Positions 1 through 9,405 of a DNA stretch of 64,000 bases are shown here, piece by piece. Position 1 is the stretch's first letter. Each line of letters starts with the position of its first letter. The stretch is from Candidatus Latescibacterota bacterium (GTDB lineage: Bacteria; Latescibacterota; UBA2968): the NCBI GenBank assembly GCA_965116885.1, contig OZ220741.1:5248001-5312000 (forward strand), given 5' to 3'. The position numbers and the translations under genes were made by a program. Below the pieces are notes generated by a model, which did no database searches, had not been told where the DNA came from, and saw only the letters and a list, made by a program, of their open reading frames with translations.

Positions 1-835
1 CGTGCTCGGGCAGATAGGGCACATCCGCGCGATCCCAACTGCGCCTGCCAGCGACGCAGTGAATACCCATTAATTGTCGTTTTTGGGGTGTATCGGCCCA
101 ATTGACAATGCTTTGCGGCGGCGAATTGGCGATCCATTTTTTTACGAAAAAGGGCATATAACCATAAATAACGATACGCCGATCCATCGCACTGGTATTG
201 GCACATCCCGTATGCCAGCAGACCACGTTCCACAGCACGGCATCGCCAGCATCGAGAGTCATCTTCTTCATATTGGGCATGGTTTCCAGAGCATCTCTCG
301 AATATTCTTCTTTGGGCGGATAATCCGGATTTGTGTGCGTTCCAGGTACCAGTGAAAAACATCCCATGTCTTCGGTCTGATCGTCGATAAAATAAAAAAC
401 CTTAATCTTGAGCGTATATTGCGGATGTGTCCAGGGCGGCCAGTCTCTGTGCCAGGACGTATGGGCAGCCGTGCCTGCATGGTGATTGTGATAGAGCATT
501 TCCATCGCCTGATAATCCGGGCCGACGATATTCTCGACATAGGGAATAACACTGGGATTATTGGCCAGATCGAGAATGGTCTCATCTGTATCAAAATCCG
601 GGCGAATAGTATGCGCGTGCGGCCCATTGCCATAGCCATTTCGGAACTTGCCGAGCCGGAGTTCATCTTCCCGCTCTGCGAGCGTCTCTGCCTCGCGGTG
701 TTCAAAAGCCCGTCGCACCCGATCCAAACCGATGGGTTCAATGGCATTTTTAATCACGATATACCCATTTTCATCGTAAAAAGCGCGCTCTTCATCGGTT
801 GGCGCCGAATATTGTATTGCATCAATTGTTGCCAT
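1..835 (-). CDS. Phytanoyl-CoA dioxygenase (PhyH) family 2OG-Fe(II) dioxygenase, runs off the left window edge
   Basis: Not in the ORF track. Manual translation from ATG 835 (RBS AGGAG upstream) gives MATIDAIQYSAPTDEERAFYDENGYIVIKNAI...WHRDW...LVPGTH...AGDAVLW...WHTG, with the HxD...H iron triad and the 'FYDENGY' N-terminus typical of PhyH. Confidence 0.85.
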   Translation of the reverse strand, partial: MATIDAIQYSAPTDEERAFYDENGYIVIKNAIEPIGLDRVRRAFEHREAETLAEREDELRLGKFRNGYGNGPHAHTIRPDFDTDETILDLANNPSVIPYVENIVGPDYQAMEMLYHNHHAGTAAHTSWHRDWPPWTHPQYTLKIKVFYFIDDQTEDMGCFSLVPGTHTNPDYPPKEEYSRDALETMPNMKKMTLDAGDAVLWNVVCWHTGCANTSAMDRRIVIYGYMPFFVKKWIANSPPQSIVNWADTPQKRQLMGIHCVAGRRSWDRADVPYLPEH

Positions 836-873
836 AAATTGCTCCTGTGAAAATTGGGTGAACCGCTTGTCTC

Positions 874-2106
874 TTAGCCCTTCAGCGGTCGAGGTCCCAA
901 AACCAGTAATGTGCCAGGTCTTGGGGGAAAAGTCTCAATATATTGCGGAATCTGATCGAGGGTAACGGCATCAATACCTGTGGCAATTTCGTCAATCGTT
1001 CGCACATGTCCTTCGAGAAATAAATCTTCAATGATACCGCCAGCACGGCCCTCGGGCAAATCGCCAATGGTAAAAAGCCGCCCCTTGAGCACTGTTTTGG
1101 CGCGAATGAGTTCTTCAGCGGTGACATCGCAGCGCAATCGCGCGAGTTCCGACTGGCAGACATCCAGGGTCTCCTGAGCGCGATCAGCAGTAGTCCCTGC
1201 ATAAACCGCCATCAGACCGCCGCCGCGGTATGCCTGGTAAAAAGCCGACACACTATAGGCCAGACCGCGTTTTTCGCGGACCTCTGTAAATAATCGGCTC
1301 GATCCACCGCCAGAAAGAATGGCGATAGCGAGTTGTCCTGCGTAATAGAGATCGTGACCTCTTGGAACACCACAAGAGAGCGCACAAATATGGGCTTGTT
1401 CCGATGGCTTTTCGTGATGTACACTGCGGTCGGCAATAGAAATGGGATGGACTTCCCCCCCATCTGCTGATTCACCTGTCCACCCGCCAAAAACATCGCC
1501 AATAGTCTCGATCACACTCTCCGCATCCAGACCGCCTGCAACCCCAATGAGCAAATGGGCTGGCCTGCAATGTGCATCCCAATGGCGGCGAACGCCCGCA
1601 GGTGTAATAGCCGATACGGTATCGGGTTCGCCGAGGGGGATTCTACCCATCGGTGAGCCAAGCCCCGCCTTATAGGTCATATACATGGCCTGTTGTATGG
1701 GGTTGTCCTCCATGCGTTTGAGTTCCTCAAGAGTGATGGTCTTGGCGATCTCGACCTGGTCACTGGGAAAAGACGCACTGCGAAAAAGTTCGGCATAAAG
1801 TTCAAGTGCGGGTTTGAACTTGTCGGGCAGGACTTGCGCGAGAAAAGAGGTATGTTCGACAGAAGTCGAAGAACTGCGCCTTATCCCAAGACCATCAAAA
1901 GTGTCAAATATAGCGCGTGCGTCATGCCTGGGCGTACCCTTAAAAAGGACATCTTCTGCAATATGCGTAATACCCAATCTGTCGTTGGGATCGTCTTTCG
2001 CGCCAAAAGTAAAACGGAACGCAACAACAACCGATTGCGCGCCGGGCATGGGTTCGACAACCGCGCGAATGCCGTTGTCGAGGGTATAAATTTGTGGCTC
2101 AGACAT
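874..2106 (-). CDS. M16 family (pitrilysin-like) peptidase, zinc motif degenerate (HIAED)
   Basis: TLDNGIR N-terminus, GITHIAEDVLFKGT at the HxxEH position, C-terminal SSRLFTEVREKRGLAY. Start placed at ATG 2106 with a GAGG RBS. Confidence 0.85.
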   Translation of the reverse strand: MSEPQIYTLDNGIRAVVEPMPGAQSVVVAFRFTFGAKDDPNDRLGITHIAEDVLFKGTPRHDARAIFDTFDGLGIRRSSSTSVEHTSFLAQVLPDKFKPALELYAELFRSASFPSDQVEIAKTITLEELKRMEDNPIQQAMYMTYKAGLGSPMGRIPLGEPDTVSAITPAGVRRHWDAHCRPAHLLIGVAGGLDAESVIETIGDVFGGWTGESADGGEVHPISIADRSVHHEKPSEQAHICALSCGVPRGHDLYYAGQLAIAILSGGGSSRLFTEVREKRGLAYSVSAFYQAYRGGGLMAVYAGTTADRAQETLDVCQSELARLRCDVTAEELIRAKTVLKGRLFTIGDLPEGRAGGIIEDLFLEGHVRTIDEIATGIDAVTLDQIPQYIETFPPRPGTLLVLGPRPLKG

Positions 2107-2126
2107 TGTGGTCCTCAAATAATAAT

Positions 2127-2186
2127 GTAAGGGCAGTGCCTCTGTAACCGCCCAAAGGATGCAGGGCGATATCTCTGCGCTCGCCC
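2127..2186 (+). repeat. Two degenerate GTAG-type REP-like hairpins
   Basis: gtaagggcagtgcctctgtaaccgccc and gcagggcgatatctctgcgctcgccc resemble the copy at 47570-47597 (gtaggggcggtgcccctgtgcccgcccg on the minus strand). Confidence 0.45.
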
Positions 2187-2269
2187 AATTGGTTTTTATG
2201 TAATAACATGAATATATATTGTCAATAGATATTGTTACACTTATCCCTTTTCAGGAGGTCATCATTTTC

Positions 2270-3244
2270 ATGAACATCAAAGTTGAAAATTTGCGTGCGT
2301 TGTGCCAGTCTATCCTGACCGATCGCGGACTCGACGCGGCTGACGCGCATATTGTGACAGATATTTTGATCGAAGCCGAATTGCGCGGGCGCCCAACACA
2401 TGGGATGATCCGCCTGCCCGCCATTGCCGAGCGCGTATCTCAAGGAACTCAATCCCCCATGATCATAGAAAAAAATACGCCAGCTTATGCCCTCATCAAT
2501 GGACGGGATAATCTGGGCTATCTGGTGGCACATCGATGTGCGTGCGCCGCGATTGACAAAGCCAAACAAAGTGGCGTAGGCATTGTGGGGGCGCGCGACA
2601 CGAGCCATAGTGGGATGTTGGGATATTACGCCTCAATGATTGCCGATGCGGAACAAATCGGACTGGTTATGTGCAACACAGGTCCGCGCATTGTCCCCTG
2701 GGGCGGGCAACAACCCGTGCTTGGGACAAATCCCATCGCTGCGGGATTTCCAACAGTAGAGGGCCAGGTGTTAGTCGATTTTTCTTGTGCGGCGATTACC
2801 AATGGCGAAATATTGATGGCACTCAAAGACGGCAAAGAGATCCCCGCAGGACGCGCATTGGGACCAGATGGCAAGCCGACAACCGCCCCCGAGCAAGCGC
2901 GTGCAGGTGGGGCCTTGCCCTTTGGCGAACACAAAGGATATGCTCTGAGTGTGATGATTCAACTCTTCTCTGGCGTATTGCTCAATGCTGCCCCCGTGCC
3001 TGAAATGGGAAAAAATTACGGGATTTTCATGCTGGCCATTGATCCCTCAATTTTTTTGGGAATGGACATCTTTCAATCGGGCGTTAGCGAAGTCATCCAC
3101 ACCATTAAAAATTCAATGCCCGCAGAAGGCATAACCGAAATTTTGATCCCGGGCGAGCGCGCATTTAGAGAACGCTCGACGCGGATACAGTCGGGCGTGG
3201 ATATCGACGATGAATTAATGGAAGAACTCCAGCAATTAGTGTAG
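2270..3244 (+). CDS. Ldh_2 family (malate/L-lactate/sulfolactate-type) NAD(P)-dependent dehydrogenase
   Basis: AELRGRPTHG, SHSGMLGYY, LGTNPIA, FGEHKGYAL and IPGER motifs. ATG 2270 follows AGGAGG. Confidence 0.9.
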   Translation: MNIKVENLRALCQSILTDRGLDAADAHIVTDILIEAELRGRPTHGMIRLPAIAERVSQGTQSPMIIEKNTPAYALINGRDNLGYLVAHRCACAAIDKAKQSGVGIVGARDTSHSGMLGYYASMIADAEQIGLVMCNTGPRIVPWGGQQPVLGTNPIAAGFPTVEGQVLVDFSCAAITNGEILMALKDGKEIPAGRALGPDGKPTTAPEQARAGGALPFGEHKGYALSVMIQLFSGVLLNAAPVPEMGKNYGIFMLAIDPSIFLGMDIFQSGVSEVIHTIKNSMPAEGITEILIPGERAFRERSTRIQSGVDIDDELMEELQQLV

Positions 3245-3269
3245 AGATGTCCCTCTCGCCTCTTTACCC

Positions 3270-3298
3270 TTGACAGCCTGAATGGGGTTGGCTACCTT
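3270..3298 (+). promoter_or_regulatory. sigma70-type promoter for the riboswitch-dapA-dapB transcript
   Basis: TTGACA (3270-3275), 17-bp spacer, TACCTT (3293-3298), immediately before the riboswitch aptamer. Confidence 0.65.
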
Positions 3299-3307
3299 TC
3301 CGTTCCG

Positions 3308-3494
3308 CAAGGGTAGAGGCGCGAGCGATCATCAGTATGCGGCACAGGAGGCGAAACGGGGCACTGCTCCACTGTGCCGACAAAAAGGGATCGTTCGCCG
3401 AAGTCCTGACCTGTTTCGCCGCAGGGCAGGGCTGGTTCAGTGGATAATATCTGTTGAATTGTCACGGGAAAAGTTTCCGTGGAGAGCTCTCTTG
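3308..3494 (+). ncRNA. Lysine riboswitch (L-box) aptamer
   Basis: Conserved segments in order: AGAGGCGC, AGTA, AAAGGG, GCCGAA, GGGCTGG, AATA, TGTC, GGAGAGCT. P1 is caagggtagag/ctctcttg. It sits directly upstream of dapA. Confidence 0.9.
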
Positions 3495-3518
3495 TTCGCG
3501 AGATTTTCTGCTGCGTTC

Positions 3519-3557
3519 AGCGTCTGGCGATGCCCTTGAGAAGCCAGCGCTTTTTTT
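3519..3557 (+). terminator. Riboswitch-controlled intrinsic terminator
   Basis: Stem agcgtctggc/gccagcgct followed by T7. The loop contains tgcccttg, complementary to the P1 5' strand caagggta. Confidence 0.75.
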
Positions 3558-3586
3558 ATAGCAGAATGCAGAAACTGGAGGTTTTT

Positions 3587-4615
3587 ATGTTGAAAGGATG
3601 TCATACGGCGTTAATCACCCCCCTGACTGCTGACCATGCCCTGGACCAGGACGGTCTGGAAAAACTGGTGGCATTTCAAATTTCTGAAGGGATTGATGGC
3701 CTTTTGGCCTGCGGCACGACGGCTGAGAGTCCAACTCTGAGCAATGATGAACAAAGCTTGATAACGCGCGTAGTGTGCAGCCAGGCCAGAGAACAGTGCC
3801 GCGCCATTGGAGGAGCGGGCAGCAACTCCACTGCAAAAACCTTAAAAGCAGCCGAATACGCCGCGCAAGTGGGTGCGGACTCCATCCTGCTCGTCGATCC
3901 CTATTACAACGGACCGAGTTCTCTGGAAATTCGCAAAGAATACGTCGAACCCGTGGCCCGTGCATTTCCCGAATTGGACATGATCCCCTATGTCATACCT
4001 GGCCGGTCCGGCACAAAATTGCTCCCCGAAGACCTCGGCATCTTATCTTCCGAATACAAGAATGTGAACACTGTGAAAGAGGCTACAGGCGATCTGGACA
4101 ACATGGCGCGCACCCGCGAATGTTGTGGCGATGTATTTTCGATCATGTCCGGAGACGACGACAAAACATTTGACATGATGACCAGTGACCAGATTGACGC
4201 CGCGGGTGTAATCAGTGTGATTTCCAATGTGGCCCCCGGTCCTGTGACAAAAATGGTACACGCCCTCCAGAGCGGAGACATGGCCGAAGCAAATCGCCTG
4301 CACGCCGCACTGAAACCCTTATTTGGGATGGTCGGCGTTGTATCCGAAGAACAAACACCTTATGGCGTGACAGAAGTCAAGGCGCGCAATCCATTGCCGG
4401 TAAAAACCCTGATGAATATTTTGGGCATGCCAGCCGGGCCGTGTCGCCAGCCATTGGGAAAAATGAACCGCGCTGGACTGGATATCGTGCTGGGCATTGC
4501 CCGCGAAGTACAGGCCAATAACCCAGAGGTATTCGCACCCGTAGCGTCATTTTTTGGTACAGACGTAGCGCAACGCTTAAACGATGATTCGGTACTGGAA
4601 AGACTGGTGTATTGA
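3587..4615 (+). CDS. dapA: 4-hydroxy-tetrahydrodipicolinate synthase
   Basis: TALITP, CGTTAESPTL, GSNST, PYYN, YVIPGRSG and KEATG (Schiff-base Lys). ATG 3587 follows GGAGG; the longer ORF-track start overlaps the riboswitch. Confidence 0.95.
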   Translation: MLKGCHTALITPLTADHALDQDGLEKLVAFQISEGIDGLLACGTTAESPTLSNDEQSLITRVVCSQAREQCRAIGGAGSNSTAKTLKAAEYAAQVGADSILLVDPYYNGPSSLEIRKEYVEPVARAFPELDMIPYVIPGRSGTKLLPEDLGILSSEYKNVNTVKEATGDLDNMARTRECCGDVFSIMSGDDDKTFDMMTSDQIDAAGVISVISNVAPGPVTKMVHALQSGDMAEANRLHAALKPLFGMVGVVSEEQTPYGVTEVKARNPLPVKTLMNILGMPAGPCRQPLGKMNRAGLDIVLGIAREVQANNPEVFAPVASFFGTDVAQRLNDDSVLERLVY

Positions 4616-4618
4616 TCA

Positions 4619-4647
4619 GTAGGTGCGGGTTTAAAACCCGCACCTAC
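4619..4647. repeat. GTAG-type REP-like perfect palindrome between dapA and dapB
   Basis: gtaggtgcgggttt-a-aaacccgcacctac, with 14-bp perfect inverted arms. Confidence 0.7.
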
Positions 4648-4664
4648 TATTTTTCGGAGCGATT

Positions 4665-5471
4665 ATGATTAAGGTGGGTATTTGTGGTATTGCCGGGCGG
4701 ATGGGACAGCGAATTTCTCATCTGACCCTCGAAGCCGAAGGACTGGATTTGGGCGGTGGCGTCGAGTTTCCAGGTCATCCCGTAATCGGAAGAGACATTG
4801 GCGAAGTAATAGGCGTTCCTCCCAAAGGTATATCAGTGGTGGATTCGGTCGAGACGATGACGGACAATGTCGATGTAATCACGGCATTCACTGCGCCTCC
4901 CGACCCGACAGTTGTCGCAGCAGAAATAGCTGGACGCGCTGGCGTACCGATGGTCATTGGCACAACGGGTTTGTCGCCCAATCAGGTCGAGACCATGACA
5001 CATGCCCTGAAAGACGTGGCCTGTGTATTCGCACCCAATTTTAGCGTAGGTGTAACAGTATTAGTGCAACTCGTCGAAGAAGCTGCGCGCATTCTGGGCG
5101 GCGATTACGATGCAGAAATCGTCGAAGCACACCATCGATTTAAAACCGATGCGCCATCGGGAACGGCTTATGCACTGGCCGAAGCCGCAGCAAGGGGATT
5201 GAATCGCAACTTGCAAGAAGTAGGCGTATATGGTCGCTATGGCGATACGGGTGCACGGACAAGCGAAGAAATCGGCGTACACGCCATTCGCGCTGGCGAT
5301 ATCGTCGGCGAACATACGGTCATGTTCGGGGGCATTGGAGAAACCATCGAACTCGTCCATCGCGCTCAAAGTCGCGATACATTCGCCTCTGGCGTGATTC
5401 GGGCCATCCCCTTTGCCTTTGAAGCCACCCCGGGGATGTATGACATGCGCGATGTATTGGGGTTGAGGTAG
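4665..5471 (+). CDS. dapB: 4-hydroxy-tetrahydrodipicolinate reductase
   Basis: GIAGRMG, VIGTTG, APNFSVG, EAHHRFKTDAPSGTA and RAGDIVGEHTV motifs. Confidence 0.97.
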   Translation: MIKVGICGIAGRMGQRISHLTLEAEGLDLGGGVEFPGHPVIGRDIGEVIGVPPKGISVVDSVETMTDNVDVITAFTAPPDPTVVAAEIAGRAGVPMVIGTTGLSPNQVETMTHALKDVACVFAPNFSVGVTVLVQLVEEAARILGGDYDAEIVEAHHRFKTDAPSGTAYALAEAAARGLNRNLQEVGVYGRYGDTGARTSEEIGVHAIRAGDIVGEHTVMFGGIGETIELVHRAQSRDTFASGVIRAIPFAFEATPGMYDMRDVLGLR

Positions 5472-5569
5472 GAAGGATGAAGGGTGAAGTGCAGATCGAA
5501 ATTGGCAATGATTTTGGTTGGGGTTGGATGGCCTAATTCGCAATTTTTAATTCCTAATTCCCAATTGAT
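5472..5569 (+). repeat. Heptamer tandem repeats in the dapB-transaldolase spacer
   Basis: gaaggat-gaagggt-gaagtgc (5472-5492) and aattcgc-aattttt-aattcct-aattccc-aattgat (5535-5569). Confidence 0.6.
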
Positions 5570-5587
5570 TTATCGAGGAGGAAATTC

Positions 5588-7495
5588 ATGAGTGTTGATG
5601 TGCAGGCGGCATTTGATGCCGGACAAACCCTTGCTGTGGCAGACCGGATTTTAATTTCACCACAAGCGGGTTCTTTGCAGAGCCGCGTAGATGAACTTTT
5701 AGATGCAATTGAGAATAGCGGCGCCTCTGGCGATTTAATTTCCAAGACATTGATTCAGCTGGGCATGAACTTTGTCGGACGCGATGCCGAGATTGTTGGA
5801 TATGGCGCTGAGGAAATAGACGCTGCGCTCGACAGCGTGTTGAACGCGCTCGATAATTTGGAAGGCGACCACGCCACAGGTGTTGTGGATGGCTTTTTGG
5901 CCGACATGAAATCTGTGAACCTCGCCGATAGTCTTTCGGGATTATTGGCCGAGCGGATTGAGTCAAACCTGGATGGGGGCAATCCCGCCCGATCATTTCT
6001 GGAATTGCTCAAAACCAATATGCGCGGCGGTGTGTATTGGCAGATGATCGGTGAAAATATCTGTAAATTTGGCAATGACTTTGCACGCGGTCTGGAATAC
6101 TTGCGGCACTACGGCTTTTGTCAGGTCTCGACAAACCCGGTATTGGCTGCCAAAGCATTTGACGAAGACCCCTCGCTGGACGATGAACTCAAAGCCGAGA
6201 TCACCAGGCACGACGAGTGGAAAGCCGATCCCGAAAAATATGCCGATGACATTGTAATGGCTGCCACACTGATTGCGCTGTGGCCCAATCTTTCAATCTT
6301 TCGGCCTCTGGCGATGCATACGGGACTGAAAGACTATATGGTGAGCTTTCAACTCAATCCCAATATCGCAGATCAGGCCGATGCCAGCATCGAAGATGCG
6401 CGCAACGCATATCGCATTGCCGATGACTATTTGAAAGGATATGACAAATTATTGGGCGTCAGCGATATAACTCTGGATCCCAATATCGTATTCAAGGTCG
6501 GTGGTGGACACGAAGCAGCGCGAAAAATCACGACCGTGCTCAATAGCGAAGGCGTTGGTACAAATAACACGGTCGTTTACACAGTGGCACAGGAAGTGCA
6601 ACTCGTCATCGATGCCTTTGAAGGCAAAGCCAAAGCGGCACAGGCGGGCAAGCAAGTGGTGAGAACTTATGAAACGAACATGGGGGGACGGTTTGTAAGC
6701 CATTTGCGCGAGGTAGAAGCCGAAAAGCTATTCGGCGCATTATCAGAAGATCGCGCCAGTGAATTGCTCGGCGAACTCGCTTCTGATCTGGAAGTCGATA
6801 TATCCGAAGGGACATTGACAGAACAAGTGGTAGAAATATGTTCTTATGCCCACCTGAAGTCTCTGGATCATCCCGTAATCTTAAAAGTTGCCGAAGCGGC
6901 CGGGCAGTCTTCAGAAGCAATTGTGCAACTCGAAGCCGATCTAAAAAAAGCGGGAACAGTCATTGCACGGCGTGTACATTGGATTTTCTACGCGCCTGAA
7001 AATCGGCCCAAATGGGTTGCCTACCTATCCGATACCTACGGTTTGTCAGAAGATCAGGCACAGTGGATTTTGGCTTCAATGGACGTGTTGCCCGCGTCCA
7101 AGCGCGTCCCCGATGACACGCTTCACGCACTGGGCGCAAACATGTGCCATACAGAATTTCCCAATCATCAACGCGCCGTTCAACTCGTGTCAGAAGAACC
7201 CGATTTTGACCTGGACGAACTCAGGGGATCAATCGGCCATGAATACGAACCCGGCGTAGCACAGCGACTTTACGAATTACCCGATTTCCAGAAAGGCTAC
7301 GATCTGACGCCCTCGCTGAAGAATTTTCTCGAAAACGAGGTTCAAATTGATCTGAGCGGCTGGCAAACGCGGGGCATGGAACCCGGCGACTGGCCCGAAT
7401 TTGGATCGGTTCAAAAAACCACCACCGAGTTTAAGGCTGCGTATGACGCATTTTTAGTGCGATGCGTTGAACTGGCCAAAGAAGTTGCTGGATAA
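5588..7495 (+). CDS. Large transaldolase-family protein (635 aa) with N-terminal extension and internal insertion
   Basis: VSTNPVL (TTNP-like), VSFQLNP, NIVFKV (catalytic Lys position), NNTVVYTVAQ, and a C-terminal 'TEFKAAYDAF' helix. RBS GAGGAGG. Confidence 0.7.
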   Translation: MSVDVQAAFDAGQTLAVADRILISPQAGSLQSRVDELLDAIENSGASGDLISKTLIQLGMNFVGRDAEIVGYGAEEIDAALDSVLNALDNLEGDHATGVVDGFLADMKSVNLADSLSGLLAERIESNLDGGNPARSFLELLKTNMRGGVYWQMIGENICKFGNDFARGLEYLRHYGFCQVSTNPVLAAKAFDEDPSLDDELKAEITRHDEWKADPEKYADDIVMAATLIALWPNLSIFRPLAMHTGLKDYMVSFQLNPNIADQADASIEDARNAYRIADDYLKGYDKLLGVSDITLDPNIVFKVGGGHEAARKITTVLNSEGVGTNNTVVYTVAQEVQLVIDAFEGKAKAAQAGKQVVRTYETNMGGRFVSHLREVEAEKLFGALSEDRASELLGELASDLEVDISEGTLTEQVVEICSYAHLKSLDHPVILKVAEAAGQSSEAIVQLEADLKKAGTVIARRVHWIFYAPENRPKWVAYLSDTYGLSEDQAQWILASMDVLPASKRVPDDTLHALGANMCHTEFPNHQRAVQLVSEEPDFDLDELRGSIGHEYEPGVAQRLYELPDFQKGYDLTPSLKNFLENEVQIDLSGWQTRGMEPGDWPEFGSVQKTTTEFKAAYDAFLVRCVELAKEVAG

Positions 7496-7548
7496 ACGGT
7501 TCACAATGCAGATATCAGCGGGGATGAGGCTGTTACCCAGAACTCGTA

Positions 7549-8118
7549 TCACTCATCCCCGCTTTTCATCTGCGCGTCTAAAATAGCACTTCCCTCCCTA
7601 TTCTCTCTCATGCGGGCAAAATACGATTCTTCGTGCCCTTCTGCCGAGAGCACCATCACATCCCGCATATATTCACCACTCTCATCCCTCTGTTGCTCTA
7701 ATCGCAACATCATCACATATTCTGTTCCCGGGTCGCGTAGCCAGGGCACCAGGGGATCTACATCAACCAGCTTTCGAGGTTCTGCCCCACTAAAATCCAC
7801 ACCTGTGGAAGTATGAACGGTAAACTTAATCTGCTCATTGCGCATATCGTAAACCACCTGCCCTTTTTCCACAAAATTTCTTTGAATATGGGGCTCCTGC
7901 ACCGTCAGTGAATACGTACTGTCGCTGAGTACGAGAATGGTAATTTCTCGATCCAGATCATCTTCTCCACGTATCCCGGTCTCGCTCCCGGCATACATAA
8001 ACCATGCGCCCATTGGCGTATCCAATTTTTGTCGTGTCGCAATTTGCTCTTTCTTTTTTTCCTCCCCAGCACATGCCGCGATCAGACACAATAATACCAT
8101 ACCCAATACCTGTTTCAT
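7549..8118 (-). CDS. Hypothetical lipoprotein
   Basis: ATG 8118 after GGAGG. MKQVLGMVLLCLIAAC signal peptide with lipobox. Confidence 0.65.
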   Translation of the reverse strand: MKQVLGMVLLCLIAACAGEEKKKEQIATRQKLDTPMGAWFMYAGSETGIRGEDDLDREITILVLSDSTYSLTVQEPHIQRNFVEKGQVVYDMRNEQIKFTVHTSTGVDFSGAEPRKLVDVDPLVPWLRDPGTEYVMMLRLEQQRDESGEYMRDVMVLSAEGHEESYFARMRENREGSAILDAQMKSGDE

Positions 8119-8133
8119 AAACCCTCCATATAT

Positions 8134-8162
8134 AAAAACGGCCCAAACAAAAATTTGGACCG
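8134..8162 (-). terminator. Intrinsic terminator downstream of dnaJ
   Basis: cggtccaaa/tttgggccg stem followed by T5 on the minus strand. Confidence 0.55.
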
Positions 8163-8188
8163 CTCGCCTATTTTCCGTGTGATGTACA

Positions 8189-9343
8189 CTATCCTCCAAA
8201 TGCTTCTTTAAAGCGCTCAAAAAAACCTTTCCCACCCTCTGGAGGCTGAATGTTTTCCAATTTGGCCAACTTGGCAAACAACTCCTCTTCTTCCCGGCTC
8301 AATTTTGCCGGCGTCCAGACCGCCACGCGCACGAGTTGATCGCCCGTGCGATATCCATCCAATTCGGGAATGCCCTTACCGCGCAATCTAAAAATCCGCC
8401 CCGATTGTGTACCCGCAGGGATCTTCATACTCACGCGACCAGTCAGGGTCGGCACTTCTATATCTGCGCCCAGAGCTGCCTGGCTAAAACTGATGGGCAA
8501 ATCGTACACAATATCGTTACCGTGTCTTTCAAAATATTCGTGTTCTTCTTCTTCCACAAAGACCATACAATCGCCCGCAGGCCCGCCATTTGGCCCGGCA
8601 TTGCCCTGCCCCCGCAGCGGAATATAATTGCCTTCGGAAATACCTGCGGGGATATTGACCGAAAGGTCCTTCTGCTTCTTCACTCGTCCTTGTCCGTGGC
8701 AACTGTCACATTGCTCGCGCACCACGTTTCCATTGCCATTGCACTGCGGGCAAGTTGTGACATTGACAAACTGCCCAAACAAGGAGCGCGTCGCCTGCCG
8801 AATCTGTCCCACGCCACCACACATATCGCAGGTTACGGGCGCACTTCCCGGTTTTGCCCCAGCACCTCCACACGTATCACAGGTTTCCAAACGCGATAGC
8901 CGAATGGTTTTTTGAGCACCCTCGGCAATCTCCTCTAAGGTCAAACTGATCGAAATCCTCAAATCCTCACCGCGATTTGACCGCCGTGGGCTGCGCCGAC
9001 CAAACAAATCGCCAAAAATGCCTCCGCCAAAGATCTCATCCAGATTGGAAAAAATATCTTGAAAATCACCGGCATGCGAAAAGTCTGACCACTGAAAGCC
9101 ACCGCCCCGGAAGGTACTGCTGACGCCTTCGTGCCCAAAGCGGTCATACGCCTGTCGCTTTTGTGCATCCATCAGCACTTCATAAGCTTCGGCGCCTTCT
9201 TTGAACATTTCCTCTGCCTGGGGATTGTCCTTATTGCGATCCGGGTGATATTTCAGTGCGTGCTTGCGATAAGCTTTCTTAATCTCATCTTCCGAAGCTC
9301 CGCGATCCACCCCCAATATCTCGTAATAATCTCTTTTGGCCAT
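8189..9343 (-). CDS. dnaJ: Molecular chaperone DnaJ
   Basis: J-domain with HPD, G/F-rich region, four CxxCxGxG zinc repeats. Confidence 0.98.
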   Translation of the reverse strand: MAKRDYYEILGVDRGASEDEIKKAYRKHALKYHPDRNKDNPQAEEMFKEGAEAYEVLMDAQKRQAYDRFGHEGVSSTFRGGGFQWSDFSHAGDFQDIFSNLDEIFGGGIFGDLFGRRSPRRSNRGEDLRISISLTLEEIAEGAQKTIRLSRLETCDTCGGAGAKPGSAPVTCDMCGGVGQIRQATRSLFGQFVNVTTCPQCNGNGNVVREQCDSCHGQGRVKKQKDLSVNIPAGISEGNYIPLRGQGNAGPNGGPAGDCMVFVEEEEHEYFERHGNDIVYDLPISFSQAALGADIEVPTLTGRVSMKIPAGTQSGRIFRLRGKGIPELDGYRTGDQLVRVAVWTPAKLSREEEELFAKLAKLENIQPPEGGKGFFERFKEAFGG

Positions 9344-9405
9344 TGACCTTTCCCATCAACATGCAAAAAGAGCCGCGCTGTTGCGACCCTGTTTATTTTT
9401 TCAAT

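Noticed and set aside
74..850. ORF-track ORFs 74-355, 268-747 and 419-850
   Set aside because: All are off-frame or antisense to the real PhyH gene, which runs off the window edge.
3282..3586. ORF 3282-3539 and the N-terminal extension of dapA from 3479
   Set aside because: Both overlap the lysine riboswitch and its terminator.
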